Of a stretch of DNA of 64,000 nucleotides, positions 1 to 12,552 are shown one piece after another. The translations under genes and the position numbers were made by a program. Each line of letters opens with the position of its first letter. Within the stretch, counting starts at the first letter, position 1. The stretch is taken from positions 147,815,741 through 147,879,740 of the forward strand of contig CM041465.1 in the NCBI GenBank assembly GCA_023213395.1, in the 5' to 3' direction. The notes beneath the pieces are model-generated. The model searched no databases. It saw nothing but the letters and a program-made list of their open reading frames with translations, and was not told where the DNA came from. The stretch comes from Cycas panzhihuaensis (lineage: Eukaryota; Plantae; Cycadophyta).

Positions 1-1365
1 AATTATTGTGAAGCCCGGTAAAGCCCATATCATTCCCGATCAGTTGTCGAGAATCAAAAACGGAGAAAAAGCGACAGAGGTGCCTGACGATTTTCCAGAT
101 GCAGCTCTGTTCAGCGTGGAAGCGGTTCCAACGGATTGGTATGAGGGAATACCAGAATATCTAGCGACTGGAGAGTTATCAGCTGAATTGGATCGTACGG
201 GGAAAAGAAATTTTATCAGAAAAGCGGAGCCATATCAACTCATCAGTGGAGAGTTATACAAATTGGGGCCAAACGACGTACGACGTTGTGTTTGACAGCA
301 TGAGATAAACCAGATCATGTCGCAGGCGCATGAAAGAGTAGTGGGTGGCCACATGGCGGAAGATTTTGACGTGTGGGTTCTAGTGGCCATCTATGTTCGA
401 GGATGTCAGAAAGTGGATTCAAGCGTGCAACTATTGCCAACGGGTGGGGAAACCTAATCGACAGGATTTCCAACCTTTACATCCCATATTACTTTTGGCA
501 CCGTTCGAGAAATGGGGGCTTGACTTCGTGGGGCCAATCAAACCAGCTGCGCGTAGATCGAAAGCTTGATACATCTTGGTGGCAACCGACTACACGACAA
601 AGTGGGTAGAAGCGCCACAAGATTACGGAAAGTCGATGCGAAAGCACGAGATTTCTGTATGAGGTAGTGATTGCACGATTTGGATGCCCCTTGGAGATCG
701 TAAGTGACCAAGGCGCCCACTTCCTCAATCAAACTATCGAAACACTGACATCAGCATTTATGATTAGTCATCGGAAATCTACTCCATACTACCTGAGAGC
801 CAATGGTCAAGCAGAGAGCTCAAACAAGATAATCGAGAATTGCTTGCGGAAGATATGCGACATCGGCAGATCTGATTGGGCCGAGAAGTTACCATCCGTG
901 CTATGGGCATTTCGAACGACATACAAGAGGTTAATCGGACAGACTCCATTCCAGCTTGTGTATGGCACGGAAGCCATTCTCTCGACAGAATTTGAAATAC
1001 CCAGTCTACGAGTTGCGATACAATGCCGATTAGACGACCTCCAGTCTTTGGAACGACGATTGGAAGACTTAGTGCGACTCGAAGAAAAATGACACTTGGC
1101 AAACTGGTTGCAACATGTGGAGAAGCAGCGACAAAAAGCATGGCACGACCGCCGTCTATGGAAACCTCAATTCAACGAAGGTGATCAAGTGTTACTGTAC
1201 GACAACAAATTCAAAATGCACCCCAGTAAACTCAAGATGCGGTGGTTGGGACCATACATCGCAGAACGAATCTTTGAGAATGGATCGGTGCAGCTTCGAG
1301 AGATTGACGGACCTCTACTACCAACTCGGGTAAATGGTAGCAGACTCAAGCCATATATTGAGTAG
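1..1365 (+). pseudogene. pol: Ty3/gypsy pol 3' part: RNase H end, integrase zinc finger/core and GPY/F module (Athila/Tat-like, no chromodomain)
   Basis: ORFs 8-295, 667-1092 (RFGCPLEIVSDQGAHF...NGQAESSNK...W...L..VLWAFRT) and 1096-1365 (WLGPY...VNGSRLKPY); premature stops at 293-295 and 1090-1092. Confidence 0.92.
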
Positions 1366-1669
1366 CCCAGCCTACCAGCAGGATCAGCTGGTTGTACCAT
1401 ATCGTATTGCATGACATTGAGGCACAATTAAATGCCTTGATACCGAACCATGATCCAGTTCGGTATGGATACAAAAAGGGAAAAAAAATTGGAAAAAAAT
1501 AAAAAAATAACCGTAACTCATCACAGACATAAGTAACAACATCATGATCTGAGAAAATCAGAGGGAAATTCAACAGCATACAAGCAAAATATAGTATACG
1601 TACCAAAAAGGTATGTTACTAGGTACGTACAGTGGAAGAAAGTGATCAAATTTGAAAAATACACTATAC

Positions 1670-2126
1670 GTAGCAAGGAAATATACTGAAGGAGATTGAT
1701 TGTCTCACTTGCGTGTCCTTTCCGCATTTTCAATTTGTTCATCTTCAGCACTAAGTGAACAAATTCTAAGTCTGATTTAGTATCAAACTTCTTCTTGAGA
1801 ACTTCAAGAACTTTCCATGCTTTATCATGTACGACTTTATCAATGAGATTATGTAGGGAATAATCAGTTACAAGAAGTATCTCTGCACGGATTTTATCAT
1901 CATCAAGTTCCCATTAGCATTTGGCTGCAACTTCAGTGGGAGGAGTTGGAGCACCTCCTCCAGAAGTAGTTGTGGTAGTTGTAGTAGCAACAAGTGGTGT
2001 AAGTTGCAAGTAATCTCTCTAAAGACCTTCATACTTTGCAGCATTTTTGACACCAATGAACCGCATGTCCTAATTTTCTTTCCCTTTAAGAATGCAGTTC
2101 ACATTTTACTTGAACTATGAAGACAT
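1670..2126 (-). pseudogene. gag: Degenerate copia gag N-terminus (outer element A)
   Basis: Manual minus-strand translation through stops: LKGKEN*DMRFIGVKNAAKYEGL*...WELDDDKIRAEILLVTDYSLHNLIDKVVHDKAWKVLEVLKKKFDTKSDLEFVHLVLKMNKLKM, a copia gag (UBN2-type) pattern. Confidence 0.75.
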
Positions 2127-2294
2127 GGTGTCTTTTGAGAAGGGAAGAAATGAACAAGGGACTATAAAAGTGATGGCAATAAATGACCAATCACTGTTTA
2201 CAAATGGGAGATGCAATGAAGCAGTGTAGCAGAAGGAAGAAGAAGTGAGAAAGGTTGCTCAAAGATGAAGGGAGCAACTTAGAGAAAAGTCACC

Positions 2295-2418
2295 AACACT
2301 TGTAACAAATATTAACCTGACGCAACAGGAACATGAGAAGCACTATGATGAAAATTGGCCACTAACACTTGTGGCAAATATTAACCTGACACAGTAGGAA
2401 TATGAGAAGCACTATGAT
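2295..2418. repeat. Two ~55 bp direct repeats (period 69 bp) in the leader of element A
   Basis: aacacttgt..caaatattaacctgac.ca..aggaa.atgagaagcactatgat at 2295-2349 and 2364-2418. Confidence 0.85.
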
Positions 2419-2549
2419 TATGATTACACTATGGATCACTTTTTACAAAAAAGTAAGTGATCAATATACAAGATTGTAGGCCAATGTGGAAACTAACATC
2501 ATTGGGTGTACACAACTTGAAACTCAAATGTAGGATGCATAATCAATCC

Positions 2550-2912
2550 TGTTCAGGAACATGAAATCATACACAAATGTTCCCATACGTAGGATCTTTA
2601 ACCATACACAACAAGCAACAAATAGAAAACACAGAAAACAAATGCACAGTACACAGGAATTTACATGGAAAACCCTTTTGGGAAAAAACCCACCACAAAG
2701 AGAATCCTTGATGGATCACTTGATTATTGCACAATGAATACTTGGATCATGAATATACAAGGCCTCAAGGCATTTATACTCTCCAAGAGATGTCACACGA
2801 TTAGGGTTGTGACCCTCCTAATAAGTCGCACCTTTTGGCTTCACACCCTTTCGCTTAATTAAACCACATTAACATTAACTAAGTGGCTTAATAATTAACT
2901 GCCACGTTAACA
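2550..2912 (-). repeat. 3' LTR of copia B
   Basis: tgttcagg...gttaaca; about 23 mismatches in 363 bp versus 8491-8853 (manual count). Confidence 0.95.
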
Positions 2913-2994
2913 TCCCCCCTTAATGTGAATGTGGGGAACCTGCAACATGCAGTAGTTGAATTATCACAAAGGCTGGGACTATCCAACAACTTCT

Positions 2995-5900
2995 TTATCC
3001 CTGCCGATACATCCCCCCCTCAAGGATAACATTGGTGAGTCCTAATTCGGTATGCATCTCCGTGAATTGATCTTCAGTGAGTGGCCTAGTGAACACATCC
3101 ACAAGTTGTAATTCACTCGGACAATAATCGACCTGCAGCTTTCTTGACTTGATCTGTTCACGAATATAATGGTGTTGAATCTCGATATGCTTCGTACGCG
3201 TATGAAACTCTAGATTCTTCGACAGGCGAATGGTACTCTGATTATCAACAAAGAGAATCAGATGTCCATTGGAAACGCCAAAAAATTTCAAGAGACCTTG
3301 CAACCATACTGCTTCCTTCGCACCAGCATTGAGTCCTTGATATTCTGCTTCTGTAGAAGATAGTGTCACTGTCTGCTGCTTCTTCGACTGCCACGAAACA
3401 AATCCATTGCCAATACTAAACATGTATCTAGTAGTGGACTTCCAATCGTCGGAATCTCCTCCCCAATCAACATCTGTGTAAAACCTGATCTTCTCACCTT
3501 TGCGGTATTCAAGACCAAGATTGATTGTCCCCTTCAGATATTTCAGAATCCGCTTTGTTGCCACCAAATGAGGCTCTTGAGGATGCTGCATGTAGCGGGA
3601 AACCAATCCAACAGCATATGCGATATCTAGCCTAGTATGAGTCAAATAGATGAGACTCCCTACCTATTGGCGATACTTAGTGCCATCTACAGAAGGTTGG
3701 GCCATGTCTTTTTGCAACCTTGCGCCTTTTACACATGGTGTTGCAACAGGTTTGTAGTGTTGCATTCCAAATCTCTCCAGTAAGTTCTTCACATACTGCG
3801 GTTGCAACAACACGATCCTATCTTCCATATGCCTGATCTGAATGCCCAAGAAATAGTGAAGTTCCCCAAGATCTGTCATGTCAAATGAAGCTCCCAAATT
3901 GGACTTGACTTCGGTTATAGCCTTGCCACGGTTACCGCCGATGATTAGATCATCCACATACACCACACAAGCAACTACGGAAGTTCCTCTTCTCTTCATA
4001 TACAGGCTCGGTTCGAGTTCTGAAATTTCAAAACCTTCAACTTTCAACTTGTAATCCATCTTCACATACCAAGCACGGGGTGCTTGTTTCAGACCATGGA
4101 TTGACTTCTTCAGACGACAAACAAGATGCTCCTGGCCATCCTTAACGAATCCCAGAGGCTGCGACATGTATATCTCCTCCTTTCGATCCCCATTAAGGAA
4201 TACAGACTTAACGTCCATCTGGTGTAACTCCCAATCTAATGCAGCTGCTAAGGAAATGAGTAAGCGAACCATTGTCATTCTAGAGACTGGTGCAAACGTC
4301 TCCTCGTTGTCAATTCCTTCTTTCTGCTTGAATCCCCGCGCAACAAGTCTGGCCTTGTACTTGTCCACCTCTCCATCGGAGTGGAACTTTGTCTTATAGA
4401 CCCACTTGCATCCTACAAGGTTCTTCGACGGAGGGAGTGGAACCAAATCCCACGTATCGTTCTTTATCAGAGAATCATACTCTTCCTCTATTGCAACTCT
4501 CTATCGTGGATCTCATTTTGCTTCAGCAAACGAATCAGGATCATTGGAGTCATTGGTGTCTACCAGCAGAGTTCGACTAGCATGCTAATTTCTGGTTCGT
4601 CCGTCATCAGTTAGGGTTTGCATCGCCACACCAAAATCTTCAATAGTTTTCCTTGCCCATAAAGGTATAGAAGGACCCGTTGCTGGAGGTACTTCTTCTC
4701 GCGACAACTCCTCACTATTACTCGTCCCACTTGGTCCTGCTTCCCCTGGTGCTACAGGCGCTGGCTCATCCTCCTCTTCACTTGAAGAATCTGGGAATGG
4801 GAGAAAGGGAGGGTAAAAAGCTTCCTCTGATGATCTTTCAGCATGATACGTCGATGACTCATCAAATTTAACATCCCGACTAACCACAATCTTTTCCCCC
4901 TGTGGATCCCATAGTCTATAGGCTTTGTTCTTCGTGCAATACCCCATGAATATGCGCTTTAGACTTTTTCGATCCAGCTTCTTTCGGGTATCGTCTGGGA
5001 TGTGGGCGTATGCAATACACCCAAACGTTCTTAAATGGAAAATGGCAGGCTTCCGACCGATCCATTTTTCTTCGGGGGTCATGCTGCGAACTACCTGAGT
5101 GGGTACCCTATTCAAAATATAAACAACAGTCGCCACAACTTCTGCCCAAAACTTCGGTGGCAGGTTTTTAGCATGCACCATACACCTTGCCATCTCGGTT
5201 CTTTCTTTCAGTAACTTCATTTTGTTGTGGGGTATACAGGACTGTAAAGTCCCGCTTTATACCATGGTTGTGACAGAACTGATTGAACGCATGATTGTCA
5301 TACTCCTTGCCATTATCACTTCGTAAAGATTTTATTTTGCAATCACATTCATTTTCGACCATCGCTTTCCAATCACGGAAGCGATCAAATACGTCTGACT
5401 TGTTCTTGAGAAAATAAACCCAGGCTTTCCTAGCGTAATCATCCACAAACACAAGTGTATATCGGACTCTTGATATCGAAGGGTTTGAAAGTGGTCCTAT
5501 AATATCTGAGTGCACAAGCTCCAGCTTCTCCTTGGCTCTTTAGGCATTATCCCGAGCAAAAGGATAGTGGTGATGCTCACCATACAGACACCCTTCACAT
5601 ACACCGTTTGAGCAGGAAACTGATGACAGTCCTTCCACCATCTTCAACCTCTTTAGTAATGCAATACTCCTATAATTAAGGTGCCCAAGGCGATTGTGCC
5701 ACAGTTTACTTTCATCATCCGCACTGGCAACTAAGGCATAGGACTTCTTCTGAGATTGAAATTTCTCAAACACCCAGAAGTTATCTTTGACTTTCCCAGT
5801 AGCTATGATAGCAAAGTTCTATTTTGGGTTCTTTATTAGACACTTACATTATAGAGCTCCACTTTCATACCTTGTTTGCAGATCTCTCGAACAGACAGAA

Positions 5901-6987
5901 GGTTTAATTGCATCTTAGGTACATAATATACCCCGGAAAACTTGCCTCCTACAATGGAAACTCCACCAACACCATCTATTGGCAACGCGTGAGCATCTCC
6001 AAGAACGATCTCAACACCACTTTGATTTGCATTCAACGTATCAAAGTTCTGCCTTTGGTAAGAGATGTGCTTCTGTGCTCCAGAATCCAACACCCAATAG
6101 TCTCTCTGATCTGACTCGACTGATAAGGTCCGTGCTTGGACACAATGAGCAGCAACACTCTTTCCTTTATCATCCTGGTTACCTTTGTGCTTGTCACGAT
6201 GCTTGAACCAACAGTTCTTTTTGCAGTGACCATCCTTCTTGCAGTAATTGCACTTTCCATTAAGCTTCTTCTTGTCTTGGGAGATTTCTCCAAACCTTTG
6301 TGTGAACTTCTCCTCCTTAACGAACTCCTTCCTCTGCGTTTTCATGGTTAGGGCCTGACTTGATGAAGATCCACCAAGCAATCCATGATGTTTTAACTTG
6401 GCATCCTCTGTTAGAATTAGGTTTTTGAGCCCATCGAAAGCTTCTGCCTCCATCACTTCATCTCTACCATAAATGGTCTCGAATGTGGCAAACACAGCTG
6501 GCAGCTTCGACATGATTATCGCAAACAAAAGCGCATCATCGATCGAGTTCTGCTTCAATTCTTCTAGCTTGTTCCTCAAGTCAATTATTTTATTCAGGTA
6601 GGAGCCGATATTGTTCTCATCTTCAACTCTAGAATTGAGTAGTTCCAACATCAATGCAAGATGCCTATTCGTCTTCTTCTTCTCAAAAATATCACACAAC
6701 TTCGTCTAAATCTCGGTTGGGTCATGAAGATTGTGAACCAGTGGCCTCTGGTCCGGCGCCAGTGAGAGTTTCAGTAATCCAACGGCCATAAACTACTTTT
6801 CTTCAAGTTTGATATGCTCCTTATGGTCAAGTGGAACTGAAACAAGCTTCGCCTTGGTGATTCCCCAAAGTTGGTTCACCATCAATATAAGCTCCATATT
6901 GGCCTTCCATTCGCTGAAATTATCGATAACCTTAGGCATGAGCTTCTCCATCTCGAACAACGGGCTATAATATGAATCACATGACAC
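2995..6987 (-). pseudogene. gag-pol: Copia B gag-pol, broken by stops and frameshifts
   Basis: Zinc knuckle CNYCKKDGHCKKNC, protease WVLDSGA, LWHNRLGH, integrase FVDDYARK/LRSDNGKEY, RT YKARLVARGF/YVDDL, RNase H SSTEAEY/KHIEIQHH. Confidence 0.95.
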
Positions 6988-8490
6988 CAGACAATCGCAT
7001 TAAGGACAGAAATGCACCCTTGTGTCCTCCTTTAGTCCAAGAGCGATTCTCGGAGGCTTTAAAACACTGATTATACTCGCAGATGCAGGCCACCGACTGC
7101 TTCTTCCTCCACAACTGTCAACAAACAGCCTTTAAATAACCTTCTAAGGTGTCAAAAAGACCCTTAAGGCATGCAAAACGATGCTCTACGAACAAGGACA
7201 ACTCCAGGGCATGGTCTTCATGTCTCTGTCACAAAAAAAATCTCCTTGATCCGTGCTCAAAATGGACCAAGAGCACTCCAAATATGTTACAATATGTAAT
7301 GCTATGGTGTATCAATGGTTCAAAGGGTTTTTATAAAGTTCAATTGAAGGGGGAATATGCCAAAAGGCATATTCCCAAAAGTGGCGACTTTTACAAAGAG
7401 ACGCACTTCCTTACATAACCCACGTGCTCCAAATATCAATCAAAAGGTATTTGTGATATTACTAAGTTAGAACCTTATTATAAACACCACATAAACTTAA
7501 TATTAAAATGCACGAGGTGATGGAAGAGGACACGACTGTCGCTTCATACTAAGTTGTCCTGCGCATACCATACAGACCAGCGGGCTGAGATGGAGGGATA
7601 TTACTCATCGTACGGCTAGTAAACATGTTGATTTCAGCCTCACGAGGTCTCAAACACGCCCAACCTCACCAAGGACACGCCCATCCAGCCTTAAATAGGC
7701 CCAGCTAGTCTCAAAAAACGCCCAGCCACATTCCAAGTGTGCCAAATCAATCATGAATCGTGCTCAGCCATCATACAAGACACTCAAACAGCCTCAGAAC
7801 AATTGTACAGTCCTTGTTTAACGTACCCAAGTCTTCAAAGGAGTATACAATCAGCCCAATTATTGTTCAACACACAGATGCAGGCTCAACATGATGTATA
7901 CAGCAGAGATAGGCGAATCACACTCCCAATTAAAGACACTACAACTCAAAAAAACAGCAGTTTGATACTATGTTCTGCTATATTCTCAATCCAATCTTGG
8001 TATAGAGGGTTGAAAACATCCCAAAATGGCTCCAATCTCTACCTTATATAGACAAAATGAATGAAATACCTAAAAAGGCTTGCCCTTTTTGAGTTTTATA
8101 GTATTTTTTGTGAGAAAATGACCAACCTACTCGTGTACATAGATGGTTGTCCTCAAAGTCGTCGAATCACCATCAGCACGTGTTATGCTCGCTTAAATCA
8201 CTTTAACAGATCATCAACCGGCTTGGGATGACCCCCAATGAGCCAATTCCAACCACAAACGTGGTCGTCACACCTGAATATTGACTCCAATAACCCTTAC
8301 ACTCTGTTGAATAGTGATCTCCACCACTTCAACCACCACTGATTTGATGTGCCTGCTTCTGTACGTTGCTAGAGGTGATGGACCCTCAGGATAAGTTCTA
8401 GGTTTGACGGTTTCACTTGGTAACCAATGATCACACCACTCTGCTCAACATCAAGCTTCAACTGTGTAGGACCCTACGACCTTGATACCA

Positions 8491-8853
8491 TGTTCAGGAA
8501 CATGAAATCATACACAAATGTTCCCATACACAGGATCTTTAACCATACACAGCAAGCAACAAATAGAAAACACAGAAAACAGATGCATAGTACACAAGAA
8601 TTTACGTGGGAAACCCTTTCGGGAAAAGACTCACCATAAAGAGGATCCTTAATGGATCACTTGATTATTGCACAATGAATACTTGGATCATGAATATACA
8701 AGGCCTCAAGGCATTTATACTCTCTAAGAGGTGTCACACGATTAGGGTTGTGACCCTCTGAATAAGTCACACCTTTTGGCTTTGCACCCTTTCAGTTAAT
8801 TAAACCACATTAACATTAACTAAGTGGCTTAATAATTAACTGCCACGTTAACA
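8491..8853 (-). repeat. 5' LTR of copia B
   Basis: Pairs with 2550-2912; directly adjacent to PBS (tgatacca at 8483-8490). Confidence 0.95.
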
Positions 8854-9590
8854 AACCCAATTACCTCTAACTCGTGTCCAACATGTAGTTGAGGTTGTTG
8901 AAGGGATGCCTAGGCATCTAGTAGAATTAAGTTGGCCTTGACCCATGATACCTGCAATAGTGCTTGGTGATGAAATCCAAGTCACAACGGAGCCCAGGTA
9001 CTCCCAATCCTCACTTAGTTTACCAATGAGCAACTATATACTTCCTCTGAAGAGTGGTACGTGCATACCCATGGTTATGACGGATATTGGATCAGGTATA
9101 TTTTAATCCTGTATTAAAGATTCAATTTTCTCGGTTGGTTATCAGGATGATCCTTGATTGAGGCACGATGGTATGGCTAACCAAAACTCACCAATATTTC
9201 AGTTTAGTCTAATCCCAACTTGAAACCCACACTTCCTTTATGGGACAACATTCTGCCAACCAAGGTATTTCAACCTTGGCGAGTGTGTGAACAAGTACAA
9301 GATCGCAGAAAATAACGTACGTGATGCGTTCCTTTTAGAGAGAGTGAAAAGATTATTGAATTTGCATCAAACGTACATATAATTGAAAACAGAGTACTTG
9401 CTTGGAGTGTCTTTAGAGTGCTTGCTTAAAATGACTTTGAAGTGCTGAAATGTAATACTGATAAGTGAGTGAGGACACCAGATATTGCTCCGATCCAAGT
9501 GTTTTTTTACTTACTTTTATAATGGGCTTTTAAGCCTTATAAAAAGAAGGAAGAAAATTTCTTCATTTTTTTTTTAATACAAAAAAGTAG

Positions 9591-9932
9591 TATTCACTAA
9601 AACAACAATAACTTTCTCCCACGATAACAAAATTGAGTGTCAGTTTTTGTGCTGCAAACTAGACTCAGAGTTGCATCTTCGAGAAGTGGAATCAGATCCA
9701 AATGAGTTCTGCAAAATTTTTTACAGTCTCGCAAAGTTAGCAAAACATATTTTCTAAAATTCTTACTAAAAATAACTGTTGTTCACTAACACAGTTATAA
9801 CTTTCTCATACGACAATGAAATTAGGTGTCGATTTTTGTTATGGAAACTAGACTCAGTCTCATCTTTAGCAATTAGAATCAGGTCAATTGGAGTTCTGTA
9901 GAATTTTTGGCAAACTTGTGAAGTTTAGCAAG
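9591..9932. repeat. Diverged tandem duplication (~189 bp period) in the leader of element A
   Basis: ttcactaa...ataactttctc...aaactagactcag...gaatcag...gagttctg repeated from 9591 and 9780. Confidence 0.8.
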
Positions 9933-9982
9933 CGAATTTTATTTCTGCAGAAAATCTATCTTGCAAATATCATATTAACACA

Positions 9983-10736
9983 TGATACCATATGAAATAT
10001 CCATCATTTTTTTATCACCAAGATCCCAATATGGGCAAGGTGAGAGCATACAATGATAGATATTTTAAATGACTCTAAATTCTTTTAAAAAAATGTGGGT
10101 AAAATCTCCCCTTACAATCATTCTTCTAAAAGCTAAAAAAGTTTCAGCAGCATTTCTCCTTGTTAAATGGACAAAAAGAGGGAAAAGAAAACAATAATGA
10201 GATAGCATAAATGGCTACCAAAGGATTGGAATCCTTAGGGCTTAAAACTCCTTGTATTGTGCTTCCAAACCTGCAAAAGAGAAAGGGAAAGCAAACAATA
10301 CTAAATATGCTATGATAAAAACTTGAAAATATTTGTAAATCCACTTTCACAATCCCCTTCACCACATGGATTGTGGGGGAGAAGGAAGTGATGGCTCCAA
10401 TGCAAGTGGAAGTGAGGAATATAAAGGAAGCAAACTTTGACACCACATAAAAAGAGTGGATCTATCCTTCATCTTCATGCACTAAATACAAAAGCAAACA
10501 TGGGAGCAAGAGAGACTTCAGAGAAAGATAGTAGCTCTCACAAAATGGGGAGGTAAGAATGAGCCTCCTCCATTGGGCTTTTACTTTTATATTGAGAGAG
10601 GGAGCATTAGAGTTAGGTGAAATGAAATTACACAATGCATATGAAGGTGCCTTTCACTTGAGTGATCTAATTTAAAGTTCACTTAAGACCCTTTTTAGAA
10701 ATAATCAACTAATGTAATAACCTTGTGACATTAACC
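9983..10736 (-). mobile_element. PBS (tggtatca) plus LTR-like sequence, probable 5' end of element A; internal boundaries uncertain
   Basis: tgatacca at 9983-9990; 10450-10735 aligns loosely with solo LTR 56323-56690 (tggatcta...tttcactt.agtga...tgtgacattaac). Confidence 0.5.
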
Positions 10737-10877
10737 CGTTTCAAAAAGAGTGCAGAACTAAGCTGAACTTGGCCTTGGATCGCCTTTGGAGAGCAAAGGT
10801 CGCCATCAAAGGTTTGGTGCACTTTCTCCAAGCCTAAAATCAACAAATACTCCTCTCCAAGCAGCTCTAATACCAAA

Positions 10878-11391
10878 TGTTAAGTGTGCTATGATCTCCA
10901 ATACCACAATGATAGCTTGGGATCACTTGAGGAGCAAGTGTACTAAGAGATTCAAATAATTAGAATCAAATCAACAACATTAAACGAACTAGCCAACAAT
11001 AAACAAATACTCAAGCATAAGAAAGGCACTAGCAATGGAGGAGCAAGAATTGTTCCTAACTCCAACATGACTAGATTAGCTTATATTCAAATGAGCAACA
11101 TGACAATACATCACCTCTTACTCTATTCTCTACATGAGAAAACGGTCTTAATATATAGAGGAGGAGGAGGAAGCTTAAGGCGTTGCATGTTTGACACTTG
11201 TCAAACATGCACGCCATGACCTGTATGCACTTACATTTGAAAAAGTGCATGAGGGGTACATTACCCCTCAAGTTACACTATTGTGGTCACTAGAAAGAAT
11301 GTGGGTCTGTACTTTATCACATTGGGGGCCAAAGTACATAACATTACAATATAAAGTACATGACTTAACATTTAAACATAAATGTCTAACA
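10878..11391 (-). repeat. Copia LTR (514 bp) flanked by a PBS on the left and a PPT on the right
   Basis: gctctaatacca-aa-tgttaag at 10864-10884; tctaaca-cctcccttaatg at 11385-11403; diverged relative of LTR 15966-16519. Confidence 0.88.
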
Positions 11392-11419
11392 CCTCCCTTA
11401 ATGTTTACAATATTAAGTT

Positions 11420-11925
11420 TTACCTTAGACCATCACTGAATTTCTCAAAATTTTCTCTACCAAGTGACTTGGTAAAGATGTCTAATAGTTGTTGATATGT
11501 GGGTCTATAGAAAAGGTCGATCTCATCGTTCCGCACATGTTCTTTGATGAAATGCCAATAAATTTCAATGTGTTTGGTTTTTGCACGAAAAATCAGATTC
11601 TTAATCAACTTGAGCACGCTTCAGTTGCCACAATACAAACTGGTGGGGTGATTTTGCACAAGTCCAAGCTCCCTAAGAATCCTCCTTAGCCATATAACCT
11701 CGCAAGTTGTGTTCACTGTAGCTTTGTACTTTGCTTTTGTGGAGGATAAGGTAGCATTGGGTTGCTTCTTGCAACTCCACAAAACAGTTGTTGACCCAAG
11801 GTTGAAGCATCATGCCCATATCATGAGGATATCCTGAGATAGAGCGACAACTATCTTAGCATCCTGTCCAATCACAGTTAGAGAACCCCTCCAATGTGAA
11901 GTTTATTGGATTTTGCATACTCTAG
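11420..11925 (-). pseudogene. pol: Copia RT end and RNase H fragment
   Basis: WSCKKQPNATLSSTKAKYK; KTKHIEIYWHFIKE...LLDIFTKSL. Confidence 0.9.
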
Positions 11926-11929
11926 CAAG

Positions 11930-12552
11930 ACATTAAACAAAACATTAAACAAAATATTAAACAAACATTAAAGCACACCATAGAAATATATTTGGATCAT
12001 AAATGGTATCAAATGATACCTCCATTGTATTGACAGAATAAAGTAATGATACAAAATAATCTCACATGATGGAGTGACTTATCACTCAAGTGATAAAGTG
12101 CACACCCACATTCTTTCTAGTGACACAGCGTTGTCACTGAAGGGTCAAATGGACCCTCATGCATTTTTGCTCACATGAGAGCCCAAAATGACACATGTCC
12201 TATATGCAAGGCAATGTATGTTGGATGTTTGACACTTGTCAAACATCCAAGGCCTTAGGTCTCTCATTTCACTCTATATAATGAGACCTCTCCTCATTGT
12301 CTCATAAGAGAGTTGGAGCTGTATTGTTATGTTGTCAGTTTGCTAATCAAACCGTTCATTCTTTTGGAGGTTGGACCAATTCCAACTCCACACATTTGGT
12401 ATCATTTCTCTTGCTTCTTCATTTTATGCTTTGTCTCTTATGCTTTCTTTTATCTTGAGAGTATTATGCTTGTTAAGTATTTGTGCTTCTAGAACTAGAA
12501 TGATCCTAGCTTCTAGATCTTGGGACTGTGAGGCCTTAGGCCTCTTTTCACA
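11930..12552 (+). repeat. LTR of the 15966 family in opposite orientation, with a different left end and no TSD
   Basis: 12073-12552 is the reverse complement of 15966-16445; ends ttttcaca; left end has (cattaaacaaaa)n repeats at 11931-11971. Confidence 0.85.

Larger units (their letters stand above)
2550..8853 (-). mobile_element. Full-length decayed Ty1/copia LTR retrotransposon B, inserted in the leader of element A
   Basis: 363 bp LTRs at 2550-2912 and 8491-8853 (TG..CA); TSD aatcc/aaccc; PBS tggtatcaaggt (8479-8490, minus); PPT at 2913-2922; gag-PR-IN-RT-RH order. Confidence 0.96.

Noticed and set aside
1440-1466. 9-bp hairpin ataccgaac/gttcggtat followed by an A-tract as a terminator
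   Set aside because: Eukaryotic retroelement 3' region; single copy with no supporting evidence.
2295-2418. Short direct repeats as a CRISPR array
   Set aside because: Only two copies, eukaryotic TE context, no cas genes.
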